Notes under the pieces: model-generated
The model's database searches: none
Told to the model about the DNA's origin: nothing
Seen by the model: only the letters and a program-made list of their open reading frames with translations
DNA from: Hydrurus foetidus
Lineage: Eukaryota
NCBI GenBank assembly: GCA_900617105.1
Contig: UYFQ01000006.1
Location: 682,001-746,000, forward strand
DNA length: 64,000 bases
Direction: 5' to 3'
In this document: one piece after another, positions 18,648 through 29,111 of the stretch
How positions within the stretch are numbered: position 1 is the first letter of the stretch
Layout of the letters: each line of letters begins with the position of its first letter
Made by a program: the position numbers and the translations under genes

Positions 18648-20104
18648 TCCGGTGGCTCGCGCAGTTCAACATAGGCGCGGCCACGCACTTCTTGCGCCCA
18701 ATTGCCATAGGCTTCGTCCAGTTTTTTCTCGCGAACCACATTGCGTGCCACCTCGCGCTGCTCGGCCGCAGTGAGCTTGGCTTCGCGCCGTTCCATCAGC
18801 TGAATCAGGTGAACGCCAAAGCGCGACACCAGCGGTGGTGCGATTTCACCAGGGGCGAGGCCGTTCATCACGTCTTCAAACTCGGGCACAAAGGTGCCGG
18901 GGTTGACCCAGCCGAGATCGCCGCCTTGAGAGGCGCTGCCATCTTGCGAGTTTTCGCGCGCCAGGGTGGCAAAGTCCGCTTTGCCGGCTTGGATGCTGCG
19001 GCGGAACTCAAACAACTTGTCCAGGGCCGCAGCCTCAGTCAGTTGCGGTGCAGGGCGCAGCAAAATATGGCGCGCACGGCTTTGGGTGACGGTCGCACTG
19101 GGTACGCCAGCCTGGGTCTTTTCCATCATTTTCAAAATGTGGAAACCCGCCCCTGAGCGCACCACGGTGGACACGCCTCCCACGCTCAAATCTTTGGTGG
19201 CATCCACAAACAAACCGGGGTAACGGTCAGCGGGGCGCAGGCCCATGACACCACCGGCCACTTTTTCGGGCGCATCCGAATACTCTTGCACCAGGGCGGC
19301 GAAGTCATCGCCCAAGCGTGCGCGGTCAAGCACACGGCGGGCACGGGCTTCGAGTGCAGCGATTTGCGGTGCAGTGGCTGTTTCTGGCACGGCAATCAGC
19401 ACTTGCGCCAGATTGAGGCTGAGGCGCGACGGATCTACGTTGTTGCGCTCATCGGCGATGTACTGGTCGATGTCTTGGTCGGTGATCCGCACGCGGCCTT
19501 CGACTTCGCGTTCACGCAGGCGCGACAGCGTGACCTGCTGGCGCAGCTCTTCGCGAAAGCGCTCGTTGGTCATGCCCTCAGCACGCAAGCGGCGGCGGAA
19601 TTCTTGCACATCAACTTGGTTGCGACGCGCTACGTTTTGTTCTGCCAAGTCAACAGCGGCATCGTCTGCTTTGATGCCGGTTTCTTTGGCTTGCTGCAAC
19701 TGCGCTTTTTCGTTGATGATGCGCTCCAGCACTTCACGGGCCAGCACCGAGCGTGGGGGCAGGGTGCCGCCTTGTTGTGACAGTTGCTGCTCAAACGCCG
19801 CCAAACGCTGCATCACCTCGTAGTTGGTGATGGGCTCAGAATTAACCACCGCCACGATAAAGTCCGCTTGCTGCGGCGCTGAGGACGTGGCAGTGGCCGG
19901 TATGCGTTGGCCGATGCGGCTGGGGTTGAGCTGCGTGGAAGGCTTAAGCCCCTGCGCCTGAGTCAGCAGGGGCACGGTCAATGCCAGGCTGCTTCCCAAC
20001 AGCCCCACCCAACCGGCCCGCACCAGACTGGCCAGCAGCGTTTTCGGTGGCAATGTCGTCCACTGCCCCGGAGGTCGCGAAATTTCTGCGCGTTGAATCA
20101 TCAT
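18644..20104 (-). CDS. surA: Periplasmic chaperone/PPIase SurA
   Basis: [12 protein letters not shown]-domain, two parvulin domains (ARHIL, GGDLGW); directly downstream of lptD; start inferred at 20104. Confidence 0.92.
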   Translation of the reverse strand: MMIQRAEISRPPGQWTTLPPKTLLASLVRAGWVGLLGSSLALTVPLLTQAQGLKPSTQLNPSRIGQRIPATATSSAPQQADFIVAVVNSEPITNYEVMQRLAAFEQQLSQQGGTLPPRSVLAREVLERIINEKAQLQQAKETGIKADDAAVDLAEQNVARRNQVDVQEFRRRLRAEGMTNERFREELRQQVTLSRLREREVEGRVRITDQDIDQYIADERNNVDPSRLSLNLAQVLIAVPETATAPQIAALEARARRVLDRARLGDDFAALVQEYSDAPEKVAGGVMGLRPADRYPGLFVDATKDLSVGGVSTVVRSGAGFHILKMMEKTQAGVPSATVTQSRARHILLRPAPQLTEAAALDKLFEFRRSIQAGKADFATLARENSQDGSASQGGDLGWVNPGTFVPEFEDVMNGLAPGEIAPPLVSRFGVHLIQLMERREAKLTAAEQREVARNVVREKKLDEAYGNWAQEVRGRAYVELREPPE

Positions 20105-20120
20105 GTCACTTGTTTCTCGG

Positions 20121-22547
20121 TCAGTCGTAATTGCTGAAATGGCTGGGTGTGGGCTGCGTTTCCCGCAGGTACTGGTAGCGGGGCACATTTTGCTTGAAGA
20201 TGCGCATCGGGCTGGTGCCCACACCCACCCGAGAGAAGCCCACAAACTCAAGCTGGAAAGAAATACTGGTCGCCGCATTGCCAGAGGCAACGCCTGGGGT
20301 CAGTCCCAAAGTGCTGGCGCTGGTTTGCAAGCGGTCAAGCACAACACGACCCAGCCAACAACCGGCATCGTATTCAAAGCCCACCACGGCATCAACCAAC
20401 TTTTGGTTGAACATGCTGTAGTTCAAGCGGCCCACACTGTACCAGCGGCCCTCACCTTGACCCCGGCCATTGCCCAAGTCTTGGCCTTTGTCGCCCCACA
20501 GGTCATTGAGCGGCCATTGCCAACCGATGTCCACTTGCTCGCTCACGCCGCGTTGTAAGCGGTAAGCGGCGCTGATGGTGCGATAAGGGCTCGGGCTGTA
20601 GCGACCACCCACCGTGGAGCGGGTAGACAAGTTGGTTTTTTGGTTGAACTGCACAGTGGAATCGAAAGTCCACTTGGGTGTCCAGTTGACCGCTGCGCCG
20701 AGCAGTAAATCGCTCACTCGGTCTACCACGGGGCTGTCGGTGGGCTGTAGCGTTACCAGTTGGTCTTTGAACCGCAGGCGTTGGGCTATGCCCAAACGCA
20801 GTGCTTCTGCGCCTGTGTCCGGGTCAATCAATCGGCTGGTGACTCCGACCGTCAGCAGGTTATTGTCTGAGATGCGGTCGTTACCAATGAAGGTGTTCTC
20901 GGTGTAAATAGTGGCAAAGTTGAAGTCTGTTGCGGCCGTGTCGTAGCGGGGCAGTAGCTTTTGATTGCGAAATGGCGTGTAAACGTAGAACGCACGGGGT
21001 TCCAGCGTTTGTGTGAAGCTGCGGCCCAGGTAACTGGCATCGCGCTCCAGCACCAGCCCGCTGTCCAGGCTGAAGGTAGGCACGACACGGGTGGCTGTGG
21101 TGGTGCCATCCGACAGTGGTGCGTCAAACTGGTAGCTGGTGGCGTGCAACTGCGTTTTTGGGGTTACAAACCAACCCGGCGTTTGCCAGGGGTGGCTGAT
21201 TTGCAGCTTAGAGAATATGCGGTGAGCGTCAGGCTGCAATGTCAGCAAACGGTTGGCTGAAAATTTGGTGGAATCGCCTTCCACCGAAAAATCGTAGCCG
21301 CCCACGTTGGTGCGCCCATAGCGCGCTGTGATTTGCGGCAAACGGTCATACGGCGGGGTGATGGGCGACAGTGGGTCTTGCAGGGTTTGCCACTTCAGCG
21401 TGCGCAGACCCATCGAGAAGTCGCCTCGACCCCAGCTTAAAGCAGCGTCATTGGGCAGCAAGCGCTGTGTCAATGAGGTGGAGCTGCGCGGGAAATCTCG
21501 CCAGTAGTTGTCATCGCTGACACGGTTGAGGTTCGCACTCAGGTTAAGCCCGCCGATGGCATCAATGCCGGTGTTCACCGTCCCGCTGTGGGTCAACGCA
21601 GCCCCCCAGCGGTCACGCTGGCGCAGGCTGTCGCCGGGCATGACATCCAGCTTGGCGACACCCCGGTAGGCGGGCTCCAGGTAGCGGAATTCGGAATCCA
21701 GCTTGACACCGCGCTTGCTCATCACTGTCGGAGTGAACGTGGCATCGCGGTTGGGCGCGATGTCCCAGTAGTAAGACTGGGCGTACTGCATGCCCGCCAC
21801 GCTGTCCAGTCCCAAAATAGGGGGCAACCAGCCGGACTTGCGTTTGTCGCTCAAGGGGAAGCTGAGCACCGGAATAGCTGGCATTGCCACGCCTTTGAAT
21901 GTCATTACCGCATCTTTGGCGATACCTACATCTTCGTCTTCGTCAATATCAAGCGATGACGCGCGCATGATCCAGGCTGGCAACCAGCTAGGGCCAGGGT
22001 TGCGCTGGCAGGTGCTGTAGGTGGCGTTTTGGATGATGGCGTGCTTGCTGTCGGTGAAGACGGCACGGTCAGCCTCGCCATAGGCATCGGTTTTGAGGAA
22101 GCGGTAGCGGGGCTCGTTGAAGAAACCTTCAAACGACTCGACTTTCAGCTCCAGGTAGTTGCCATCGTAGATGTTGCCCCGGCGGTTGATGCGCACATTA
22201 CCGCGGGCCTTGGCCAAGTCATCGGGCTGGTAGTACTCGATGCGGTCGGCACGCAGCGTCATGCCGTTGCGGCGCAGCATGGCGTTGCCTTCGACAGTGG
22301 CATCCAGGTCAGGGCGGCCAGACATGTGGTCGCCACTCAAGAACGTGGGCAATTCATGGCGCACGTCCAGTGGCAGCGTATCGAGTAACAGTCGGCTGCT
22401 TTTAAGCGTGATGCCTTCATCGGCACCCTCATCCGCGTAGGCCGCCAGACTGCACAGCCCCAGCGCGGACAGCACCAGCATGAGCCGTGTCAACGGAAAA
22501 CGTAAGCGCAGAGCTGGGGGCATCAAAGAGGACAAGGGGAATTTCAC
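20121..22547 (-). CDS. lptD: LPS assembly protein LptD
   Basis: OstA-like N-domain, YSTC, RKSGWL.P, YYWDIAPNRDAT, QTLEPR.FY.Y, EYDAGCW. Confidence 0.96.
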   Translation of the reverse strand: MKFPLSSLMPPALRLRFPLTRLMLVLSALGLCSLAAYADEGADEGITLKSSRLLLDTLPLDVRHELPTFLSGDHMSGRPDLDATVEGNAMLRRNGMTLRADRIEYYQPDDLAKARGNVRINRRGNIYDGNYLELKVESFEGFFNEPRYRFLKTDAYGEADRAVFTDSKHAIIQNATYSTCQRNPGPSWLPAWIMRASSLDIDEDEDVGIAKDAVMTFKGVAMPAIPVLSFPLSDKRKSGWLPPILGLDSVAGMQYAQSYYWDIAPNRDATFTPTVMSKRGVKLDSEFRYLEPAYRGVAKLDVMPGDSLRQRDRWGAALTHSGTVNTGIDAIGGLNLSANLNRVSDDNYWRDFPRSSTSLTQRLLPNDAALSWGRGDFSMGLRTLKWQTLQDPLSPITPPYDRLPQITARYGRTNVGGYDFSVEGDSTKFSANRLLTLQPDAHRIFSKLQISHPWQTPGWFVTPKTQLHATSYQFDAPLSDGTTTATRVVPTFSLDSGLVLERDASYLGRSFTQTLEPRAFYVYTPFRNQKLLPRYDTAATDFNFATIYTENTFIGNDRISDNNLLTVGVTSRLIDPDTGAEALRLGIAQRLRFKDQLVTLQPTDSPVVDRVSDLLLGAAVNWTPKWTFDSTVQFNQKTNLSTRSTVGGRYSPSPYRTISAAYRLQRGVSEQVDIGWQWPLNDLWGDKGQDLGNGRGQGEGRWYSVGRLNYSMFNQKLVDAVVGFEYDAGCWLGRVVLDRLQTSASTLGLTPGVASGNAATSISFQLEFVGFSRVGVGTSPMRIFKQNVPRYQYLRETQPTPSHFSNYD

Positions 22548-22631
22548 AAAAACCGGAGAAAAACCGGAGGTATGGCGGCTGTACAGGGGCAGGGCAGGCG
22601 GGAAGACCTGGGTTTGTAGAATGGATTATCC

Positions 22632-23834
22632 ATGAGCCTGCCCACCCCCCACCCCACCCCATTCCCGTCCCTCCACCTTGACGTTTATCCCGCCGTCAGT
22701 TGGACTGACCCTGCCCGCGAAGCCGCCTTCAATGCATGGCTGGCTCCTATTGCTGCGCAGCACCAGTTGCAGTTGCACACCCTTCGCCCAGCCTCTGCCG
22801 ATGCCAGCTTCAGGCGCTACCTGCGCTTGGATGCCCTGGTCAGCCCCGGCACGCCTGCACGCTGTTGCATCGTGATGGACGCGCCCCCTGACAAAGAAGA
22901 CTGCAAACCTTTCGTCAAAGTCGCCGCGTTGATGGCGTCCGCCGGGTTGCGGGTGCCCGACATACTGGCGTGGGACGAGGCCAATGGTTTCATCCTGCTG
23001 AGCGATTTGGGTGCGCAAACCATGATGGCGGTGATCCAAGACAAAACCCCACCCGAGTACCTCGTCCACCCCGAAGACCGTTTTTGGCACCGCCCCGCCC
23101 CAAGCGCAGACGTGCAAGCCATGTACTTCCAAGCGCTGGACATCCTCATAGCCTGGCAGCGTGCCTCGCGCCCCGGCGTGCTGCCCGCCTACGACAGCGC
23201 CTTGCTGCACCGCGAGCTGAAACTGTTCCCCGATTGGTATTTGGGCCAGCACCGGGGCATTGATGTGGACGCGCCCCAGCACAGCAAAATCAAACAAACG
23301 CTCACCGACACCTTTGACCTGCTCGTTAAAGCCAATCTGGCCGGCCCCCAGGTCTACGTCCACCGCGATTTCATGCCTAGAAATTTAATGGCAGGGGTCA
23401 ATGTTGCCCCCACGCTGGGCGTGCTGGACTTCCAAGATGCCGTGTATGGCCCCGTCACCTACGACATCGCCTGCCTGCTGCGCGATGCCTTTTTGAGCTG
23501 GGACGAAAGCTTTGTGCTCGACATCACCATCCGCTACTGGGAAAAAGCCCGCAAAGCCGGTTTGCTGGACTTTGAAGGCTGGAGCGAAAACTTTGGCGAG
23601 TTCTACCGTGCCGTGGAATGGATGGGCTTGCAGCGCCACCTCAAAGTCGCGGGCATCTTCGCCCGCCTGACCTTGCGCGACGGCAAGCCGCAGTATCTGG
23701 CCGATGCGCCCCGTTTCATCGGTTACATCCGCGCGACGGCAGGCCGCTACCGCGAACTTAAACCCCTGCTCTACCTGATTGACGAGGTGGAAGGCATCAA
23801 GGCCGACAGCGGTTTTGCGTTCGGTCGGGTGTAG
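22632..23834 (+). CDS. amgK: Anomeric MurNAc/GlcNAc kinase (APH family)
   Basis: ASADASFRRY.R, HRDF.PRNLM, LDFQDA, QRHLKVAGIFARL; divergent from lptD as typical. Confidence 0.85.
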   Translation: MSLPTPHPTPFPSLHLDVYPAVSWTDPAREAAFNAWLAPIAAQHQLQLHTLRPASADASFRRYLRLDALVSPGTPARCCIVMDAPPDKEDCKPFVKVAALMASAGLRVPDILAWDEANGFILLSDLGAQTMMAVIQDKTPPEYLVHPEDRFWHRPAPSADVQAMYFQALDILIAWQRASRPGVLPAYDSALLHRELKLFPDWYLGQHRGIDVDAPQHSKIKQTLTDTFDLLVKANLAGPQVYVHRDFMPRNLMAGVNVAPTLGVLDFQDAVYGPVTYDIACLLRDAFLSWDESFVLDITIRYWEKARKAGLLDFEGWSENFGEFYRAVEWMGLQRHLKVAGIFARLTLRDGKPQYLADAPRFIGYIRATAGRYRELKPLLYLIDEVEGIKADSGFAFGRV

Positions 23835-23987
23835 CGGTTGTAAAGGGTTGTTAACTGTTTCGCTGTAAATGCTGTGCGGCCACGGCATCCATGCGTTTTG
23901 TGCATGACTAGAGGCTTGTTTTGATAGGTGAAAACCCTTAGACTTCACCTACCTTAACTTTTCGCCTGTACCAGGGCGATTGATCCC

Positions 23988-24200
23988 ATGATCAGCTTGA
24001 TCGGCCTTTTTGGCTTTGCAGTGTTTTATTTCATGAGCCGCACAGGCTCGACGTCGACCGCCGATGCGCGTCACTCTCAGCCCGGCGTTGCTGCAGGTTT
24101 GATGGAGCAGGCCGATGCCTGCGCAGGCACCAGCCCTCACCGTGCGCAAGAACTGCGCTCCGCCGCTCGCGCTTCGCTGAGCGTCGTCGGTCAGCGCTAA
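23988..24200 (+). CDS. Small hypothetical membrane-anchored protein
   Basis: 70 aa, hydrophobic N-terminus, fills the gap between amgK and rtcR. Confidence 0.5.
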   Translation: MISLIGLFGFAVFYFMSRTGSTSTADARHSQPGVAAGLMEQADACAGTSPHRAQELRSAARASLSVVGQR

Positions 24201-24209
24201 AGCGTTAAA

Positions 24210-25883
24210 TCAGGCGCTCAGGCAGGCTTTCACCGCGTCCCAGCTCAGCTGGAATTTCCCCAAATACTTGCGCAGCCGATCCGCATCGTTCACCACCGAG
24301 CGTTGCAAGCGGGTTTGGCCAAACAGACGCCGCCCTGCGTCTGACAGCGTAGGGGATTCGCCGCACACAGCGATCACCGCTTCCAGCTGCACGCGGTCAA
24401 ACACATCCAATTGCGCCATGGCCTGTGGCCCCATCAAAGCCTCAAGCCGCGTGCCCAACGATGGTTGCGAAGGTGATGGGAACGGCGTTGACGATAGCGC
24501 CACCGATGACGCAGACATTTGCGCATCCGCCGCCGCGCCGCCCTGCCACAGCCAGCGCAAACGCTGCATTTCCGCCTCCACCAACCCTGTCCCAATGCGC
24601 CCGCCATCGGCCAAGGTGCTCAGCCGCGTGATGCTGGCGTACAGGTCACGGAAATTGCCGCGCCACAACGCTTCTTTCGATTGTGCAAAGCGCAGGTAGC
24701 GCAACTTGGCCTCCACATTGAAGCGCACCGCATGGCCAGATTCCACCGCTGTGCGGGCCAGCAGATGGTCGATGTTCGGCTCAATGTCTTCAGGCCGCTG
24801 CGCCAGACCGGGCAGGGCGTAAAACCACAGGTTGATGCGGGCAAACAGGTCTTCACGAAAGCGCCCCGCCGCCACGTCTTGCCGCAAATCGCGGTTGGTG
24901 CCTGCAATCAACTGGAAATCACTGCTCGCCTCACGGTCGCTGCCCATCGGGAAAAAGCGCTTGTCTTCCACCGCCTTGAGCAGCATGGCTTGCTCGTCCA
25001 GCCCCAACTCCCCGATTTCATCCAGGAACAACACCCCTTCGTGGGCTGTGCGCAGCAAGCCCGCACGGTCAGCCGCCGCCCCGGTGAAGGCGCCTTTCTT
25101 GTGCCCAAACAAGGTGGATGCGGCCCCCTCACCGCGCAGCGTGGCGCAATTCACCTCGACGAACTCGCCCTTCACCAGATGGCGGGATTTTTTCAACTCG
25201 AACATGCGCCGCGCCAGATGCGACTTGCCCGCCCCCGTCGGCCCCGTCAGCAGCACCGGTGCGGTGGAGCGCACTGCCACCCTCTCAATCTCTGCAATCA
25301 AAGCGTTGAACGCCGCATTGCGCGTGGCGATGCCGTTTTTCAGGAAGTTCAACGCATCGCGCTGCGTCTGCGCAAAACGCTGGGCCAGCACGTCATAGCG
25401 CGACAAATCCAGGTCAATCAAGGCATAGTCGCCAGGGTTGGCCTGGTTTTGGCGCTTGGGTGGCGAGGTTTGCAGCAGCACGCCAGGGATAAAGCTGGCC
25501 TCTACCAGCAAGAACATGCAAATCTGCGCCACATGGGTGCCCGTGGTGATGTGCGTCCAGTACTGCTCGCGCTCGGTGTCAAACGCATAAGCCCGCGCCC
25601 AGTCGTACAGCGCCCCGTACACCTCGCCAAAATCCCAAGGGTCAGCGATGTCCATCGCGATCAGCCGCACCTCGGTATCGGGCGACACCGTGGCAATGTC
25701 GCTTTGCACCTGCTGCGCCAGTTTGATTGCGCTCAAAGGGTGCAGCAGCTCAATCCGGTTGACCAGCATGTCCTCATGCCGCACCAACGACACCGTAGGC
25801 CGCCACTTCTCCCACCGCCCCGCGCCCAGGCCGGAATCGAGTTGGGTGCCCAAGAAGCCGATGACAACGGTGTTTTTAGCCAT
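24210..25883 (-). CDS. rtcR: RNA repair sigma54 activator (CARF-AAA+)
   Basis: RWEKWRPTV, DPWDF.EVY..L, HITTGTHVAQI, GPTGAGKS, GAFTGA, NDADRLRKYL. Confidence 0.96.
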   Translation of the reverse strand: MAKNTVVIGFLGTQLDSGLGAGRWEKWRPTVSLVRHEDMLVNRIELLHPLSAIKLAQQVQSDIATVSPDTEVRLIAMDIADPWDFGEVYGALYDWARAYAFDTEREQYWTHITTGTHVAQICMFLLVEASFIPGVLLQTSPPKRQNQANPGDYALIDLDLSRYDVLAQRFAQTQRDALNFLKNGIATRNAAFNALIAEIERVAVRSTAPVLLTGPTGAGKSHLARRMFELKKSRHLVKGEFVEVNCATLRGEGAASTLFGHKKGAFTGAAADRAGLLRTAHEGVLFLDEIGELGLDEQAMLLKAVEDKRFFPMGSDREASSDFQLIAGTNRDLRQDVAAGRFREDLFARINLWFYALPGLAQRPEDIEPNIDHLLARTAVESGHAVRFNVEAKLRYLRFAQSKEALWRGNFRDLYASITRLSTLADGGRIGTGLVEAEMQRLRWLWQGGAAADAQMSASSVALSSTPFPSPSQPSLGTRLEALMGPQAMAQLDVFDRVQLEAVIAVCGESPTLSDAGRRLFGQTRLQRSVVNDADRLRKYLGKFQLSWDAVKACLSA

Positions 25884-26023
25884 AGATAAATTTATACATT
25901 ACTGGCTTTAATTCTAAGTTGATGAAATTTTCATTGTGATGGAAATCGTTGCGTTCATAAAATAATTTGAAAATTACCATGTAATTCAAAGACTTAACTT
26001 ATTTTCAAGCACGGCATCAGGTG

Positions 26024-26038
26024 TGGCACACCGTTTGC
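26024..26038 (+). promoter_or_regulatory. Sigma54 -24/-12 promoter of rtcB
   Basis: TGGCAC-ACCGT-TTGC about 55 nt upstream of rtcB; IHF-like ATTCAAAGACTTA at 25984-25996. Confidence 0.85.
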
Positions 26039-26091
26039 AATAAGCTGGGGGCATTCGCGTTGAATGCAGCAAAAATTGAAGTGCAAGAAAA

Positions 26092-27327
26092 ATGAACAAC
26101 GGTAACAACATGAACTACAACACCGAACACCCCACCAACGGCGTGCCCATCAAAATGTGGACGCAAGGCGTGCCCGTCGAAGAGGCCGCCATGCAGCAGC
26201 TGGTGAACGCCGCCCGCATGCCCGTGGTCTTCAAGCACATCGCCGTGATGCCGGACGTGCATTTGGGCATCGGTGCCACTATCGGCTCCGTCATCCCCAC
26301 CCTCAAAGCCATCATCCCCGCAGCTGTCGGTGTGGACATTGGCTGCGGGATGATGGCTTGCAAAACCACGCTGGTCGCCGCTGATTTGCCCGATAACCTC
26401 GGCCCCCTGCGTACCGCCATCGAGCGTGCCGTGCCGCATGGTTCCGTGCCCAAGCGCTCAGGGCGCGACACCGGAAGCTGGGAAAACCCACCCGAATCCG
26501 TGGACGTGGCCTGGGCCTCGTTGGTCGGTGAATTTGACGCGCTGTGCGAGCTGCACCCCCGCCTCAAAAACACCAACAACCGCAAGCACCTGGGAACGCT
26601 GGGGACGGGAAACCACTTCATTGAAGTCTGCCTCGATGAAGCCGGTGCCGTGTGGTTCATGCTGCACTCCGGTTCACGTGGTGTGGGCAACGCCATCGGC
26701 ACCCACTTCATTGAGCTGGCCAAAAAAGATGCCGAACTGCACCAGCGCAACCTGCCCGATAAAGAACTGGCCTACCTCGAAGAGGGCGCGCAGTATTTTG
26801 GCGACTACGTGCGCGGCGTGGGTTGGGCCCAAAAGTTCGCCCGTTTGAACCGCGAAGTGATGATGAAAAACCTGATCGCCACCGTGCAAAAAATCATCCC
26901 CAAGCCCTTCGAAGCCCACCTGGAAGCCGTGAACTGCCACCACAACTACGTGAGCCAAGAAACCCACTTCGGGCAAGACGTGTTCGTCACCCGCAAGGGG
27001 GCGGTTAGCGCCAAAAAAGGCGAGCTAGGCATCATCCCCGGCAGCATGGGCGCCCGCAGCTTCATCGTGCGCGGCCTCGGAAACCCCGAGAGCTTCAACA
27101 GCTGCAGCCACGGTGCCGGCCGCGTGATGAGCCGTACCAAGGCGAAAAAGCTGTACACGATTGACGACCACATCAAAGCCACCGAAGGCGTGGAATGCCG
27201 CAAAGATGCGGAGGTGATCGACGAAATCCCGATGGCCTACAAAGACATCGACGCGGTGATGGCGGCGCAGAAGGATTTGGTGGAGGTGGTGTATGTGCTC
27301 AAGCAGGTTTTGTGTGTGAAGGGGTAG
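26092..27327 (+). CDS. rtcB: RNA ligase RtcB
   Basis: MPDVHLG, VGVDIGCG, GTGNHF, HSGSRG, HHNY, RKGA, PGSMG, SHGAGR, DEIPMAYKDI. Confidence 0.97.
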   Translation: MNNGNNMNYNTEHPTNGVPIKMWTQGVPVEEAAMQQLVNAARMPVVFKHIAVMPDVHLGIGATIGSVIPTLKAIIPAAVGVDIGCGMMACKTTLVAADLPDNLGPLRTAIERAVPHGSVPKRSGRDTGSWENPPESVDVAWASLVGEFDALCELHPRLKNTNNRKHLGTLGTGNHFIEVCLDEAGAVWFMLHSGSRGVGNAIGTHFIELAKKDAELHQRNLPDKELAYLEEGAQYFGDYVRGVGWAQKFARLNREVMMKNLIATVQKIIPKPFEAHLEAVNCHHNYVSQETHFGQDVFVTRKGAVSAKKGELGIIPGSMGARSFIVRGLGNPESFNSCSHGAGRVMSRTKAKKLYTIDDHIKATEGVECRKDAEVIDEIPMAYKDIDAVMAAQKDLVEVVYVLKQVLCVKG

Positions 27328-27345
27328 GTGGGTATCTGGAATCAA

Positions 27346-27362
27346 GCATTAAATTTGATAGC
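27346..27362. repeat. Dispersed 17-bp element (after rtcB)
   Basis: GCATTAAATTTGATAGC + TGTCTACGCA; an inverted half-copy lies at about 27540-27565. Confidence 0.6.
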
Positions 27363-27579
27363 TGTCTACGCAGTGTTTTAGATGATTACAGCCTGACTTA
27401 ATGCATTTTTTTAAGCGATAAAACGTCATTATTGGGCGGTTGGTAGGTTTGATAGCCGTTGCGATGGCCTCCAAACGGCTAAAAACAAAAATACGGTATT
27501 TTTCAGGCATTAAAAATAGCGCTATAGCTTATAAATACTGCGCTGGCAGCTATTAATTTTTACTATCAAATCAGGACTA

Positions 27580-27720
27580 ATGCGATGTCGTCATTCGGAT
27601 TCACCGCATAACTTCAGGAAATCGCTCGCCTACGTGGAAACGGAAAACTCGCCGCTAGAAACCGCCGTGCTGGATGATTTCTTGTTCCAAACGGTGATGC
27701 AACACAAGGCAGTGGCATAA
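27580..27720 (+). pseudogene. 46-codon ORF, possible C-terminal remnant of a deleted rtc accessory gene
   Basis: ATG after AGGA; ends ...LETAVLDDFLFQTVMQHKAVA; family assignment uncertain. Confidence 0.3.
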
Positions 27721-27736
27721 CTCCTGTTTTTATAGC
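27720..27736. repeat. Dispersed 17-bp element (before rtcA)
   Basis: ACTCCTGTTTTTATAGC + TGACTGCGCAGGTAATACTTGCGCTA. Confidence 0.65.
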
Positions 27737-27784
27737 TGACTGCGCAGGTAATACTTGCGCTATCGGCACATTTGGCTTAAGAAA

Positions 27785-28834
27785 ATGATTGAACTCGACG
27801 GTTCCACCGGAGAAGGTGGTGGGCAAATTTTGCGCAGTGGCTTGGCCCTCGCTATGTGTACGGGGCAGCCCCTGCGCATCACCCGCATCCGTGCCAAACG
27901 CCCCAAACCCGGACTTATGCGCCAGCACCTGACTTGCGTGCTGGCGGCCGCTGCCGTGTGCGGGGCCAGCGTCCAAGGGGCGGAGTTGGGGGCGCAAACG
28001 TTGGTGTTTGAGCCGGGCGAGGTGCGTCCGGGGGGATATGTTTTCAGCGTCGGGACGGCGGGCAGTTGCACGCTGGTGCTGCAAACCGTGTTGCCCGCGC
28101 TGATGCGGGCCAACGCACCCAGCCGCATCACGCTGGGCGGTGGTACGCACAACGCGATGGCACCACCGTTTCACTTTTTGGAACGCAGCTTCGCGCCGCT
28201 GCTGCGCTCCTTGGGCGTGGGCTTGGCGTTGGAGCTGCACCGCCACGGCTTTTACCCCGCAGGCGGTGGCGAAATGGTGGCCCACATCACCCCGCCCAGC
28301 CCGCATGATCTCCAGCCCTTTGACGTGATGGAACGCGGTGCGGTGGGCGAGCGCTACGCCGAATGCCTTATCCCCGCCTTGCACCGCAGCATCGCCACCC
28401 GCGAACTTGCCGTGGTGGGCGAGGCGCTGGGCTGGTCAGCTGAACAATTGCGAACCCCCAGCGTGCGGCAAAACGAAGGCCCAGGCAATGCCTTGATGGC
28501 GACGTTGACCTATGCCCATGTCACCGAGGTCATCACCGCCTTTGGCGACAAGGGCGTGAGCGCGGAACAGGTGGCGCACCGGCTGGCGCGAGAGGTCAAA
28601 ACCTACCTCTCGCATGACGGTGCGCTGGGGCCGCATCTGGCTGACCAGTGGATGCTGCCCCTGGCGCTCGCGGTGGTGGATTCGGGCAAGTCCGCCAACT
28701 ACACCTGCACCGAGATGACGGAACACGCCCGCAGCAACATCGGCGTGATCGAGGCGTTTTTGCCTGTGCGGTTTGCGGTGACGGCGCAGGGGACGGGGTG
28801 GCGGGTGGAGGTTGCTGTGCTGCCCAAAACCTAG
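27785..28834 (+). CDS. rtcA: RNA 3'-terminal phosphate cyclase
   Basis: MIELDGSTGEGGGQILR, RPKPGLMRQH, GGTHN, GFYPAGGG, HLADQ; start adjusted to ATG 27785. Confidence 0.96.
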   Translation: MIELDGSTGEGGGQILRSGLALAMCTGQPLRITRIRAKRPKPGLMRQHLTCVLAAAAVCGASVQGAELGAQTLVFEPGEVRPGGYVFSVGTAGSCTLVLQTVLPALMRANAPSRITLGGGTHNAMAPPFHFLERSFAPLLRSLGVGLALELHRHGFYPAGGGEMVAHITPPSPHDLQPFDVMERGAVGERYAECLIPALHRSIATRELAVVGEALGWSAEQLRTPSVRQNEGPGNALMATLTYAHVTEVITAFGDKGVSAEQVAHRLAREVKTYLSHDGALGPHLADQWMLPLALAVVDSGKSANYTCTEMTEHARSNIGVIEAFLPVRFAVTAQGTGWRVEVAVLPKT

Positions 28835-29046
28835 CCCGCCGCCTTTGCCAACAGCGCGATCCCCCGTGCCTGCTGACCCGCACCCCGCTGGGCCCGCACC
28901 TGAAACCGCACCTCCGCATCGAACTCGGCCAGCATCAAGGTGACGGTTTCATCCAGCGAGCCGTTGATCGTCGTGGCACGGGCGCGGGCCAACTGGCGCA
29001 AGCGTTGGTGTTTGTCATCGGAAAGGCGAACGGTCAGGGCACTCAT
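28831..29046 (-). CDS. Ribbon-helix-helix (CopG/HicB-like) antitoxin
   Basis: MSALTVRLSDDKHQRLRQLA RHH signature, 71 aa. Confidence 0.75.
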   Translation of the reverse strand: MSALTVRLSDDKHQRLRQLARARATTINGSLDETVTLMLAEFDAEVRFQVRAQRGAGQQARGIALLAKAAG

Positions 29047-29111
29047 GGTGTCAGCTCCTTCAAAAACTGTTCAGGGCTCAAAATTCTCAAACCAGGGAAA
29101 CGCAGGTTCAT
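29043..29111 (-). pseudogene. C-terminal remnant of a PIN-family toxin
   Basis: LRFPGLRILSPEQFLKELTP* with ATGA overlap into the antitoxin; upstream sequence is replaced by the DUF350 fragment. Confidence 0.6.

Noticed and set aside
19629..19645. GCTACGTTTTGTTCTGC in surA as another copy of the dispersed element
   Set aside because: Right half-site and downstream tail are missing; probably chance.
20105..20290. Extended surA N-terminus from the ORF track (likewise the extensions for SPFH, NMO, rtcA and the rubredoxin reductase)
   Set aside because: They overlap upstream genes or repeats; downstream ATGs fit the family N-termini better.
24519..25889. Long antisense ORFs (456 aa opposite rtcR; also 31880-33016, 44911-45978, 48494-49801)
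   Set aside because: Shadow frames of well-supported genes in GC-rich DNA, with no recognisable motifs.
27625..27642. parS-like CCTACGTGGAAAC
   Set aside because: Only a half match to GTTTCACGTGAAAC, single copy, and no parAB nearby.
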